From Perkinsus chesapeaki ATCC PRA-425 (Eukaryota; Protista; Perkinsozoa), in NCBI GenBank assembly GCA_013115145.1, contig JAAPAO010000140.1, positions 619-64,618 on the forward strand: a stretch of 64,000 nt of DNA, in the 5' to 3' direction. Each line of letters begins with the position of its first letter. Position 1 is the stretch's first letter. Below, in pieces: positions 23,917-36,445 of the stretch. Below the pieces are notes generated by a model that was not told where the DNA came from, made no database searches, and was given only the letters and a program-made list of their open reading frames with translations. Position numbers and translations under genes: made by a program.

Positions 23917-25145
23917 CATTACCCAGCAAATCATTTGCACATTCGCCAGTTGTGCATTTAGTTTCAAACTACTCTACTTGTTATGAACTACTAGTTTACT
24001 GAGTAAACTTTACTCACTTTTGATATTTCCATGTCTTTCAATTCACCATTGTACCAATTATCAGTGGAACCCTTTACTGTTCACATTTAGCCTTGTATGT
24101 ATTGAATAAGTAACGGTACCCTACAATGGCACTAACTTGCGTTCGTTGTCAATTCGCTTGTTTTCAATGGAACTATTTATGGGCAATTGTCTGAACTCAA
24201 TTAAATTCAATCTTAGAAGGAGAACTCAACTTACTACGTTCACAAAATTGCATTACAAGGCACTAGCGTCGCGCTATGCACAACACAGGAAAAAGGCACA
24301 ATTATTCTGGGATGAGATACTGTATCATCTTTTGGACAATCTCTGCAATTGTTGTGGTATCAGTCCATGAATATTAAAGGCTTCAGTGCCTTACCCGATC
24401 ATCTTCGTATTCGTGTGAAGCATGCTGATATTGAAGATATTGCAGATTTTTGGGTAAAATCGAGCCGCTGACCAACGCGAACGAAGTGGACACTCACGGT
24501 GATCGAAAAAACCGTGGATGGGAGACGGGAGCATTGCTGTATGAACGAAAATGCCCTATCAATGACAGGCTGTCATTGACCAAGACCGTTTCATCGGCTT
24601 GGGCGGGCGAGCCCTGGACACAAGTCCTTAGGTGTGCGCGCACACCTCGCAATTAAAAGGCCACCTGCACTTGTCTAGCTCTCCTGCGAAATAGATCAGA
24701 AATAATGAGGGATGGCCACTGGCCATTCCTGCATCTTGATCAGCACTTGTTTATTTTCATCGTTTCCACGGTGATTGAGCTCAATGTTCCTCGGATCCTG
24801 CTGAGTTATGCGCAGTATAGTTGCAACTTTCGCAGTTTTGAGTCGTCCAGTGTTACACTGCCAGTGTAAATAAAATTTACATAGCGTGTTGCTGTAGACT
24901 CTAGTCACATTGTAATACTTTATCAGACTAGTGCCCGTACAAATTGACTTATCAATGTCTCATCTGATGATAACCATCACGATGGTCTCGCGGTACTATA
25001 AATACAGCAATGGCACTAGTCCTAAGGAGGACCAAGTGCACACCATGGGCACAGGGTCCAGCACCCTACCCTAATGCAACTCGAACACAAAGCACGCGTA
25101 CTCGACATGACGACAACCTCTTCATAATATCCTTAACCGCGCAGC

Positions 25146-26300
25146 TCAAGATTTTGCCGGCATATCCGAAAGCGAACGAGTGGCCACCGAGGACGAGCTT
25201 CTACCTCTCAGCAGCATGGTCTTTTTCGGGCCTTTTCCTGGACGCTTCCGAGATAACAACGAGAAACAGCCCAGATTGCAACACGTTCTCCTATACCTGA
25301 AGTCAGTTAGCGAGCGTTGGCTGAGCCACCTTGGGGAAGAAACGAAAACGAATCAATGGGCAGTCGGAATGGGTAAGGTACACATACAAGCAAGGAGGTT
25401 TCATCAAGAAAATTAATGTAGGGGGTAAGGTGATGAGAATAAAGGAACTCGTGGGGTAGCATGTCCTCGAGCGTGATAATTTGTGAGGACGCTAAAATCA
25501 ATCAGCGCAGAGGGATGTTAATAGTTTCAGGAAACCACTTCACTCACATTGGAGTGTAGCCGTGAAGAAACGCCGACTGTTCTTTAGTGAAGCATCTAGA
25601 GCTTCGAAGCTGCCGTACCAATCGTAACTGTTCAATAACAGGTCGCAGAGCATCACCTACTTATCCTTACCGCATCAGTTGGCTCCATATTCTCTCTCTC
25701 GATGAGGCCAAGTGCAACCATTACCGGGGACCGCCCGAGACCAGAGATACAGTGGATAGCAACGCATGGCGGCTTTGCTGTGGCACACTTCTTCTTGTAC
25801 AGCGAGGAGTCCAATATTTCCATGAAATCCTCTATCACCCACTCCGGCGGAGAACATCCATCGGCGAACGGCTAAGGGAAGACTATGCCTGGCGCTGACC
25901 TGAGCGCGATGGAGCTTACCAAATCATGCAGTGCGATTTCTAGCTCCTCGAAGGCCCCTCGAGGATACCGGGAATCGTTGTCGCTCGAGACTCTAATCTG
26001 AGACTTAACTTGATGAACTGATCGATGATGTCATGCTACCAAATCTGTCACACCGAACCGATTCTTCAAGTACAGGGCCACGGCGCGAGCATTCTCATGT
26101 GTTGGCGCTTCACAAATGACCATCTGTGATTAAGTAACCCGAGCTGATCAAACTGAGACATATCCCACCTTAAAGCGTCCACTGTCCCCTCCTGTGACGA
26201 GTGTCGGGCCTTTTGGTGACACAAGATAGTTGTAAGTTCCAGCGGGTGGTCTCGCCCAATCATCAACCATTAGCCCGGCCTTATCTACAAATCCGTTCAT
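25146..26300 (-). CDS. PRL/PTP4A-like protein tyrosine phosphatase (multi-exon)
   Basis: Spliced: PTLV...MVICEAPTHEN...GVTDL|IRVS...LHDL|PFADGCSPP...VAIHCISGLGRSPVMVALGLIE; 3' exons uncertain. Confidence 0.8.
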
Positions 26301-26726
26301 TACTTATGTGTCACCCATATCTTTGCATACATCGCCTGTACAGCTCTGCCCTTTTCGTGTGCTCTCGTAGCCGTCTCTCGACTCTACTCGAATGCAATGG
26401 CTTCACTGCAACTGCTGCCATCACGTTCCCTCCGCTCAAGGTACTTTGCTCGCTGCCTTCCTCTTCGACGAGGACAGTCGGAGATCCTATCGAGGAAACT
26501 TCAATTTTATTGAAGGCGCGAAAACAAGCGGCGTGTAATTAATTCTTGTTACCGTCGCTTTCCCTCTCTTGGCTGCCTCGTATGCCGGTTAACCTTAAAA
26601 GCATCTTTCACAGCTTCTATAATGTAACGTATATCTGCCCGATAAAACATTACCCAGTTACCTGGTGATAATCTCACTCACCAAAGACCCTTCTTAGTAG
26701 CCTATTTTAATCGACTTTACCACTCT

Positions 26727-29700
26727 TCAAAGAGATGTGATGAGCCAATGTGTGTAATTTAGGTCGTTGAAGGCCCCGTTAGCACGACACTCAGAGGCCA
26801 ATACCAAAGAAAAGTGTGCAGTAGTGGTCGGAAGGTCGCCTAAAGAGACATGTAGCTGCTGGCCAGCTGTGACTGCTGAGAGACTTACCCAGCTTTTGAT
26901 AATCAGCGATCTAAACCGCTGACTGTTGATGAGTTCAAGTAAGGTGCTGAAAGTGGTGTCGAGTGCTCTTTGGTGATCAGAGCACTTGTTCAACGACAAG
27001 TGGTAGTAGGTTTTAAACCAAAGTAAAAAGCCTGACAGCAGCGATCTTGCCAACGAACCCATCAACGCCACAGAACTATCAATGAGACAAGTTGTCAGTA
27101 GTTCATCTGCCATGCGGAGAGTAATCATGGAAACTTCCGACCTATGGGGGCGATGCCGGAGTAACATAGCCGACTTACCGGCTCCGTCATCAAGCCTCCT
27201 CATGCCAGCCTCCGCTGCGGTTTTCGCCCTTGCTTCAAGCTCAGGAGATAACATCCAGCCCATTTTCTCTCCTTGCCCTACGCAAGTTCGACACCCAGCC
27301 AGGGCAATTCTCTCGCATATTACTCTCATTTTCCGGGTAGCTCCTTCGCCTTCGATCCCCACCTGCTGCTGTTGCTGCCCGTACAACATCATTCCTGCTT
27401 TTATCGATCTCCTGAGAGCTCCCTGCCTCACCCGAGACATGTTTCCCCTTTACAGTATGAACCGAGGCGATAACCTTCCGCTTCAAAGTCTTCACTCGTG
27501 CATTGTTCTCTATGCTCTCCTGCACTGCTTGGCACCTCAATCTATTCTCCTCAAACAAGTCCCTCCATCTATTCACGTCGCTTCCAGTCTACCAACGAAT
27601 ATGTACACCGCAGCTGGACGAGCGCCATCTCACTCCGGTGAGCGTCAAATTCATCAGCCTCATGCGCTCTTCAATGTCCTCAAGCTTTTCCAATAATCCC
27701 AATAGCGTTACCCTCAACGTGAGCATATCCCTCGCCTTAGCGTCGCCCTATCACTCGAGCCCTGCTCTCAACCACGGTTAGTAAAGCCTGCCGACCCTTA
27801 AACGCAGCAACCCGCTAACAAACTCCTCGCAAGTTATGGAACCAGATCCATCAACATCCAGGATCTTGAAGAGTTCTTCGACCATTGCTGGTTGAATGTC
27901 AATCAATGCCAACTTTTGCTGAGGAGGGAAGTCTCGTCAAAGCCGTGCAAGTTCCCACACTCGTCATGCGCTATTCAAGTTGGAAACCGAATGCAAAGAA
28001 CGATCGATCCCGCTGGATATCGCAAAAATCAGTACGAATGGTGTCCACGTGTCATCCTATGCCTAGGATCGTGAAAGCTACTGTTAGATTGAGAAATAAG
28101 CAAACCACATATAAAAGCATATCTTACCTTCATGCTAGGATCACCAAGGACACTCTTTTGAAACTCATCCCATCGTAATGTACCAGAACCATCAACATCT
28201 GCCTTCTCAAACTCCCCTTGAAGTGATCTTATGAACTGCACCTCCAGTTGGTAGATAAGCTATATAAGGAGCACTATCGAGCAGCAGCAGCAGTATTAGC
28301 TCCTCACTTTGGCACGTTCGACTTCATTACCATCTGAAACTGCCATCACTCGCTCGACCACCACCCCCAGCAAAGCCTTCAACATCCCGTACGAGCAAGA
28401 ATAAACAACGAAGATGATCAGAATGTTCGCAGCTAAGTTGATCTCGAGCACCTAACTATTGATTGGCGCGTGAGAAAATCAGCTGCTTGGCAGACAGACC
28501 TCTCTGGAGACTGTGTACCAGTTGTCCAGGGTCAGTAGCTGCAGACAAGTGAGCAAGGAGCGTCCTATGTTACCAAAATACTGGCTAAGTTCAGGCCAAA
28601 CGTGAACCTAATACGACCAAATAGAATGAAAACAGTAGTAACATAGCGGACACAATTATCAGTGTTGGACTACATACAAATGGAAACACGAATTCGCAAA
28701 AATCAAACTCAGATTCGCAGCACGGGTTAACGCCTAGTCGATGATGGGGTCCAACACCTTACATTATCAAGCTGCGATGTCCCAAGGGCCAAGGCTACCT
28801 GATAACAAGTGTACCAACGCCAGAGAGTAGGCTACTACCTCACTTGGTGAAGGCAAATGGGAGGTAGATTGTCCGACTATAAGTGTGAAGTAGCTGGCTA
28901 CTACTAACCTATTATTGCGCTGCCTGCTGGTTAGACAAGCTATCTAAGCTCACATGATGATACCAAGTATAATAGTAATCCAAACTAGAGTGCGCAGCGT
29001 AGCCTCAATACCCGCCACAAGCACCCATAGCTGCTTGAGACCGCTGCTGTGCCGGACCAGGCTGACAGGCCTGAACTACTATCATCTACTTGCCCTGCAG
29101 CTGTAGCTACTACTATACCTGACAAGTCTAATGATTCGCATTGCCGAACCCAGCTGGAGTTTGTCATCGCTCCCAGCAGAAGGGTCGTTGGGGTCAAGAT
29201 CGATCGACTTGAGGCCAAAGTAGACATCGTAAACTCCGAAGACCAGAAGCATGAAGTCGACAAGCGTCCATGAATCGAACAAGATTCCCCATCCTGAGCC
29301 ACCTCGCTTTGCCGGGAAATCTGTCCTTGGTTCTCACCAAGTTTTTTTGCATGAATGAAGAGTTCCACTGTGAAGCCCGCAAGGCAGAGCATTTGTAGGA
29401 GTTGAAACACGAGTATCTCAGTTCGCTTCTCTGAGGACGGTCTCCCAACTACATCGGTTTCGAGGCCCGCCAAAAGGGTAGACTACCAGCATGGCAGCAG
29501 ACACACAGGCTCTCACTTACCATCAATACAACTATCCACATTATCGCATCGAACGAATGCTTCCTCGCAACAGAGGCAATAAGAGCCCGGATGCCGCCGC
29601 CAGATGGGTTCATAAATGACAAGTCCATGGTTGCCGCTGAAGCCATGCCACCGAAGGCACCATCCCCACCAAAGCTGCCCGTGGAAGCATACCTGCACCT

Positions 29701-29830
29701 GGAGATACTCACCGACCAACAGAGGGGTAAGTTCCGCCGACCTAGAGGATGACCAGCTTGTAGAGACCGGTCGTATGGGGACATCATCAACACGCATGTT
29801 CCCTCCCACTGCACCTTGAAGCCTGTCATT
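26727..29830 (-). CDS. Single-domain (6TM) voltage-gated cation channel with C-terminal EF-hands (multi-exon; 5' end probably further upstream)
   Basis: S1 SFDAIMWIVVLM, S2 LCLAGFTVELF, S3 DSWTLVDFMLLV, S4 MRIIRLVRPVSLVR, S5 LRTLVWITIILGII, pore YFGNIGRSLLTCLQLLTLDNW, S6 YGMLKALLGVVVE, EF loops DVDGSGTLRWDE and DVDGSGSITCEE, then LRLRGDAKARD. Confidence 0.85.
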
Positions 29831-31076
29831 AGACGGTCTAGACGGAACTACTGGTAGGCACTTACAGAGATAGCAGCTGTGGGCTGATCTTGCGCTGCTT
29901 CACTCGCTACAGCGCAAGCAAGATAACGACATATGAACAGTAAGACAGCGGCCTCACCTTTACCGGCAACTGTCGAGGAGAATCTGAAGGCGGGTAGCCT
30001 CAGGATTACCTCAAAGCGTTCCTATGCGAAATATGTAGACAAGCACGGAGATTAGGCAAGACCCATAGACAGGTAAGCAAACAAGTATGTCCGGTTAGCA
30101 AGTACGTCATAAGCTTTTACACACGTCTTGGAGCCAGGAAGACTAAAGCTCATCGATTTCATCAATGAGCTCCCTATAGTGAACTCAATATGAGGGAGCA
30201 TCTATCGAGGTAAGGTTGTTCTCTTGTTGAAGACAAGTCAACGGACCAGCAGAATCCAACGTGGCTACCTATATCATCTTCATCACTTTCCACCCTCTCT
30301 CCACCATCCTGACAAACACAAATGATAAAGATACAAACTATGCTAAAATTCAGACACCCAGTGAACTGTTTAGAATCACCTGCTCATCCTCACCTTCACC
30401 TACATACACCTCCAGTGGCGAAATGCGCACAGATGCCCTCCGCCTAGCTACCATCAATTCACTAAGTACTAAAATATATTATTATGAACGCAAGACACTG
30501 GGGGAGTAAGAGGGAGCTCGGGCCCATACGAGACGTCACCGTGAGACTCCGAGGAAACACATCAACCCTCTGGTATTACTACAACAACTACAACCAACAA
30601 AAGCAGCAAATGTATCATATCCGACATCATCATTATCGACGTTGAGACCCTTACGTTAAAAACGCAGCCGGTGAACGAAGCAAGAAGGAATGATACAAAT
30701 ATAATAATAAGAGGGAAGTTGCTATCGGAAGCAAACAGCTAATTAGACGCTATGGGCCGAGTCCAGTTAGAGTTTATGAAAGAAGAATGATTATGATAGG
30801 CAACGATTATCCAAACATGGCAGCTTATCGGAAGTCTATACCAACAAAATTGAGGCGACCCATAGCAGCACAGTTCAATGTTGGATACCTCAAGGGGGAC
30901 AGTGTAGTGATTGTTGTTGACTGTATCATCAATGATCAACTATTACAGACTTCACCGAAACTAACACTATCACAATCTCACTGTACGTAAGATGCTCAAG
31001 AGCAGTCGGTAAAGCCCATAGTGGGAGATCTCGGAGATGAAACGGTCTACAAAAATAGCAGCAGCCATAAAGGTTA

Positions 31077-31466
31077 TTAGTTGCACGGCACGTGCTTAAG
31101 GACAGCTCTGGCCATCTGTGATGGATCTTCATTCCTTGATACCATGCAGCTCGTCGGTACAGTAACCACATCAAATCGGCCGACTCTGCGCCTTTTTATA
31201 AGGTCGCAAGGCTCGGCCAATTCACACTGAAATCTTCCAATACGTCTAACCTTTGGACTCGTAGAGGGTGCTGCTGTTACCGTTGGCTTTATGCAATCAG
31301 TATCCTTATGGAGGGTGGCATCTCTTAAGCTCTCGGCATCATCATGAGATAGAACAACCAAGGGTTCGAGACTAAACCGTCCCCTCTGAGTCCGAGGTGT
31401 CTCATCATCCTTGGTAACAGATGATGATGACGGAGGTTGGGTTAAAGGTTGAGTATTATCGACCAT
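31077..31466 (-). CDS. Small intronless protein with three GRF motifs (paralog A)
   Basis: ATG 31466; motifs RGRFSL, IGRFQC, VGRFDV; clearly paralogous to 35069-35554. Confidence 0.65.
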   Translation of the reverse strand: MVDNTQPLTQPPSSSSVTKDDETPRTQRGRFSLEPLVVLSHDDAESLRDATLHKDTDCIKPTVTAAPSTSPKVRRIGRFQCELAEPCDLIKRRRVGRFDVVTVPTSCMVSRNEDPSQMARAVLKHVPCN

Positions 31467-31700
31467 GCAAAGCACAGGCCTTGCTACAGGTAGTGGCTCG
31501 AAATTAAAGAAACAAAACGAAAGCTGACATTCAACAGCATCAGTTTCGGTCAACTTCTAAGAATCTTTACTCGCTAGCGATTCGTGCGAGTGAGCTCGAG
31601 GAATCTTGAGAATCTTGCGTTCTTGCAGCATTCCTCAACTTTCGCGGGTGTCCCGCAGGACTTAACACACCATAGAACGCTCAAGAGATTCACTTGATCA

Positions 31701-32133
31701 ATGACCGAGGCGAAGACTTTCGTAGATAGTGAGATAGCTGGTAACAAAGTAGTGGTATTCAGTAAGAGCTACTGCCCTTTTTGCACCAAGGCCAAAAAGG
31801 CCCTATCTAGCGTTGGTAAGCCCCCTGTATAAAGGAATGTCTCATCACGTAACTACAGGTGCTGATTACAAAGCCATCGAACTCGATGGGCGTAAGGATT
31901 GTGATAGCATCCAAGACTACCTACTCAGTATAACTGGTGGCCGCAGCGTAAGTGTTAGAGCATAGGTAGTCGCTGATTGCTACAATCAGGTACCTCGTGT
32001 GTTCATCAAAGGCAAGTTCATTGGCGGTGGCGATGAGACAGCTGCCAAGGCGAAAAGTGGTGAGCTCCAAAAGGTAAGAAACCGTTGCTCAAGATACCCA
32101 ACCATGTCCGTTTGGCAGATACTTGAAGGCTAG
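31701..32133 (+). CDS. Dithiol glutaredoxin (CPFC), 3 introns
   Basis: VVVFSKSYCPFC, TGGRS|VPRVFI, GGGD. Confidence 0.95.
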
Positions 32134-32367
32134 AAAATGTCACCACAATTTTTAAATAAGTTTTCAAGATCTGCTTTTCTATCGAGTTGTATTCAGTCGA
32201 ATTCATCATAAAAACAGGAATGACCATAAAACAAAACACGTATTACGAAGCTGAAAAGTCTTGGCAGTACAGGGCACCGACGACTGCTCAAAAGATAACA
32301 GTTCAGAACACACCAATTAACATCCGTTGAACTGCAATTAATCTCCACAATAAGCTCCCTGCCGGCC

Positions 32368-33678
32368 TCAGGCATTAACAATCGTATGCAGGAGGCCAGA
32401 TAGACAAAGGGGAAACATTAACACCCCGAAGATGAACAAACCCACCGACATGTACCACGTGGCGCTTTGCCTGACGAGAGACCGAAAAGTGGCTTTCGAC
32501 AACTTATCGTATTCATCTTTGCCAACTTCCCTTTCATAGAAAATCCTACAATACAGAAGCGTAGGGAAAATGAAGACCAAAGTGTTGGCACTGACAATGG
32601 ACATGAACGAGTACGTATAGCCTAGGTTCTCGACCCCTACTGATATTGATACGCAGAATACAATAAAAGCAACTGTAGATCCAATATGGAGTTTAGTTGT
32701 ATCTTTTAATAAGGGCATGAAGTAGCATAGAGCTTCCCCAAGGGATTGTCTAGCTGCAAATAATATAATAGGAAAGGCAGTCAGTAGGGCTACCGGTAGG
32801 GCTATATAACCAATTAATATTGCAGGGTGCCCAAGTGGCAGACTCAGATAGAAATTTGCAGAGACGTTGTAACCATAAACATAATAAGGTATTATCATAG
32901 CTATGGCAAAGAACACCGTAACAATGAGGAAGGCTAAGACCAGTATTGTGTCGAGCCGAGGTAGAGTTCTGCGTATAGTGTCTTGTGCCACCGGTAATGC
33001 TACGAAGTGACAAGAATATGCTCCAACAAACAAAGGCATAACAGATAGTAATTGCCATACATCCGATTGGGGTGGGAAACCAACGCTATCAGAACCCGCT
33101 GGTTCCTCACTCACAGCAGCATACACCACACCAGCAATTATCGAATAGAGAAATAGCGTGATGCCTATAGCACTTGTGATGGCATTGGCTGATATGTGCC
33201 GGGCCATACATATTGGTAAGAGCAGTACAACAATAAGAGCAATGAACCCTACTCTTATCCAAAATCTATTGCTAGTAGTTGATCCAGGAATGAAGTGCTC
33301 AGTGAGTGACAAGCCGATATCCGCGAACACTTGAAGGTAAACCGTGTCCATCAGAGCGTTATTTAAGAAAAGTACTATATCGGTTATTGGGGCCAACCAA
33401 TCTAGGCCCGCATGAACTGATACTGTATTGAATGTAAGCCTTTTATTAGGCATAACCATAGCAATACAGTTAAGTAGATGAGCAGTAAATCCAGATAGAA
33501 CTGCGCATAAAATAAACCATGAAACGCCGATTACCCATCCACACTTAGATAGACCAAATGCGAGTGTGAGCATACCTGTGCCAATAATAGCATTGGCAAG
33601 GCAAGCAACACCAGAGAAGATGCTCCCTTTAGGAGGTAGAGGGGGTAAGTCGTAATCAGAGCTCACTCGGCTAGTCAT
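32368..33678 (-). CDS. Amino acid/auxin permease (AAAP, Aa_trans/SLC38-like) transporter, intronless
   Basis: 436 aa with about 11 hydrophobic segments; ANAIIGTGMLTLAFGLSKCGW N-terminal signature; AYSCHF motif. Confidence 0.9.
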   Translation of the reverse strand: MTSRVSSDYDLPPLPPKGSIFSGVACLANAIIGTGMLTLAFGLSKCGWVIGVSWFILCAVLSGFTAHLLNCIAMVMPNKRLTFNTVSVHAGLDWLAPITDIVLFLNNALMDTVYLQVFADIGLSLTEHFIPGSTTSNRFWIRVGFIALIVVLLLPICMARHISANAITSAIGITLFLYSIIAGVVYAAVSEEPAGSDSVGFPPQSDVWQLLSVMPLFVGAYSCHFVALPVAQDTIRRTLPRLDTILVLAFLIVTVFFAIAMIIPYYVYGYNVSANFYLSLPLGHPAILIGYIALPVALLTAFPIILFAARQSLGEALCYFMPLLKDTTKLHIGSTVAFIVFCVSISVGVENLGYTYSFMSIVSANTLVFIFPTLLYCRIFYEREVGKDEYDKLSKATFRSLVRQSATWYMSVGLFIFGVLMFPLCLSGLLHTIVNA

Positions 33679-35068
33679 CGTATTGATAATAGAAGTCTAT
33701 ACATTCAATTCACCCGTGTTCCTGAAGTATCGACGCTAGATATGCGCACGCGTGCTGCTTGTCGGGGCTGTCACCAACCGTGGCATACCCGTTATTCGGG
33801 TTTCTCGGGCCGAGTAAGTCGGAGGCTCGATCACCAAAACCTAGTCAATAGCTTCGTGCTGAGTCTGTTTCAAAATCTGTAGCCAGGTCGCAAGGCTTCA
33901 GCGAGGGGCGAGGGGAGGGCCCGAAAAAGCGCCAACCCCCCTGCGTGCAAGGATCCTTCGTCCACGGGAAATCGGAGTGGTTTTCGTGTCGGGTTTGGCA
34001 GTCACCATTGATTTTTCATCATATCCTGTAAAGTGTCAGCTATCAGGCATAAGTCTTATTCAAAGCTTCATCACTGGACGATTAGTGAGGGATTCGCAAT
34101 AAGTGATGCGACTCCACTGGCTTTCACTGGAGCTAAGAACCACATGTAGCAGTGCGTTTTGCATCACCTGTTGAACAGGTTCTACTCAAAAGGCAGGTTT
34201 TCAAGGTGGTCTAAAAGTCTCTGTCAACACAGGGTGTGCAATTTTAGTTCAAGGGCTGCTCGTGTGTACGGCGCACACTGTGCGCCCCCAACGAGGTATC
34301 GTGTGCGCGAAATGTGTTGCCGTCTCCAAGGAAGACTCTCCTCCGGAATCGCTGTTGGAAAAGTATGCTATACGGATAGGACAGCTTGTCCTCGTCGAGA
34401 ACGTCTCGGCAAACGAATATAACAAGAGCGCCCCGACACAGTGTTGACGGGTGGAATCGGCGAACTAGGCTCCCATGGCCTGGGCTCACAAAGATATCTA
34501 ACACCGGGTATACATACCTTTTAATTTGCACCCTATTCAGAATAAACCCACATAAACTTCACACCCGTAATTTGCTTGCTGTGGCGGTTTTCGGACCCAA
34601 TGGGATCCACCCTATTGGAATTCATCGTGATTTCACTAATGCACGCATGCTCACCTACAATAGGTAGAGCTAAGTCAGAAACCGGAGCGAGTGAAGTGAC
34701 TCGCGCACACCGATGCTCCGGTTGCCGAGTGCGTTCTACAAACCTATGAACAGTTCGAAATCAGCGTTTTTGTTATAAAAGCAGGGCTTCCATTCGAACT
34801 GTGCCCATTCAGGCGATCTACATTTTTTGTACACTTTACACCTCATAACGATTTGCGCTCGACGACTCCGACGACCGCCACTTCGAACACCTCAATGAGC
34901 CATCTTGCCTTACGGAAACGTCCAAACATATATTATATACAACAGGCAATTCACTACAGAAGGTAGCTACAAAGGATAGGAATCGCTGATGCAAATTGAC
35001 AGGGTTAAGGCAGAATTCCAAGAATCATCAACAATGATGTTAAACTATCAACACCAAAAATGGCAGAA

Positions 35069-35554
35069 CTAGAGTTGTGGTGGTCTTTTAAGGACAACCT
35101 CATCCCCGCTCTGAAGTGCTTCTTCAGACCTCGATATCACACAATCAGAAAACATAGTGGTGACAACGAACCGACCAACACGTTTTCGGTGAACCATATT
35201 TCTATCGATCACGTTGTCAGCTTCAGCACACTCGAAACGGCCAACACGGCCAACTTTAATGCTTTGGCGTTTGTTGCTCGGGCTTTCTTTGCCAATGCAA
35301 GAAGCACAGGTGCTACGGCTGGTAGCATTTTCGGTCTTGTAGAGGATTGCGGAAGAGAGATCACGAACGTCTAGAGGGGATAGGATGACATCATTCTCAA
35401 GACTGAACCGGCCACGACGGCATGACGATGAGGAGGTCGAGGATGATGACACTGAAACCCTTCTATTATCAACCGGTATATTACAAATATTGCCGTATGG
35501 ACCTCTAGGAGGACAATAACAACAACAAGTCTGAGTGGTGGTGGTAGTGGCCAT
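35069..35554 (-). CDS. Small intronless protein with three GRF motifs (paralog B)
   Basis: ATG 35554; RGRFSL, VGRFEC, VGRFVV in the same order and spacing as paralog A. Confidence 0.65.
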   Translation of the reverse strand: MATTTTTQTCCCYCPPRGPYGNICNIPVDNRRVSVSSSSTSSSSCRRGRFSLENDVILSPLDVRDLSSAILYKTENATSRSTCASCIGKESPSNKRQSIKVGRVGRFECAEADNVIDRNMVHRKRVGRFVVTTMFSDCVISRSEEALQSGDEVVLKRPPQL

Positions 35555-36445
35555 GAGAATAACAATAGCCACACCCCTTAGGGATGGTGACAACACACCA
35601 ATATCACAAACCCTAACAAAATAACAATATCTAAATAGCGCGCCACGACAGTAAAGTAAGTCAAGTCACCACAGTACGTCGGTCATGGCACAAGCTTGAA
35701 GGAAGGAAATCGATTCTAGCGACTTGGAAAATCTTGCAATCTTATGCTCTTCCTCCACGCTGCGTCCGCGTACTTTCGGTGGCATCTCTTGACCGTGTCA
35801 CCACTGGTGTTTACTTGTCGAGCTGATTCTAAGACCACTACTGCATAGGTCCACTAGCAGCCTTGATCGTAGTGATGCTATTCCTAAGGAGCGTCGGTTG
35901 GACGGAGGGAACTCCTAATGTGATTCACGTTACGTGAATAGTTGCTGTTGTCATTTCTTTCACTACTCAACTTCACGCTTGCTCTATATCACTCGTCTGT
36001 TGTCGAGTAGATCTAAAAGTGTTCGACTTAAAGGGTGCTTTGAGGTGGTGGTGAAAAGTCCGACTGTTCCCGTGACCTGCACTCATGTCGTACACTACAA
36101 TCGAACAATAAGCTGTGTGTCTTGCAATCCCGCCGCACAACTCGGTCATCACTAGTGAGGAGGGGATCAGTGGCCTCCGCCGCTTGTTGCACCCGCCACT
36201 TCAGGGCGACACTGACCCATGAAGGGGAGATCAATATCTAATGCTAGCCTCGGCATTCGACCTACGATCGGGGCTTCCTTGATCACCACCTGGGGCATTA
36301 TTACCTCTGTACTGTCTACATTCACAATCGTTAACACAATTTGTTCCGCTCCTTGTGGGAAATCCGGCGGGACAGTCTTTGTGTCACGCAGCTCGGTAAT
36401 ATAATGGATAAGTAAGTTATCGTTTATTATATAAAGAAGTACATT

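Noticed and set aside
24137-24960. Short ORFs and small palindromes (AGGTGTGCGCGCACACCT; CAATGACAG-G-CTGTCATTG) as a transposon relic or ncRNA
   Set aside because: No transposase or RT motif, no terminal repeats or target duplication, no recognisable RNA family.
27082-27696. 204-aa plus-strand ORF
   Set aside because: Antisense shadow of the channel gene's C-terminal exons; no motif.
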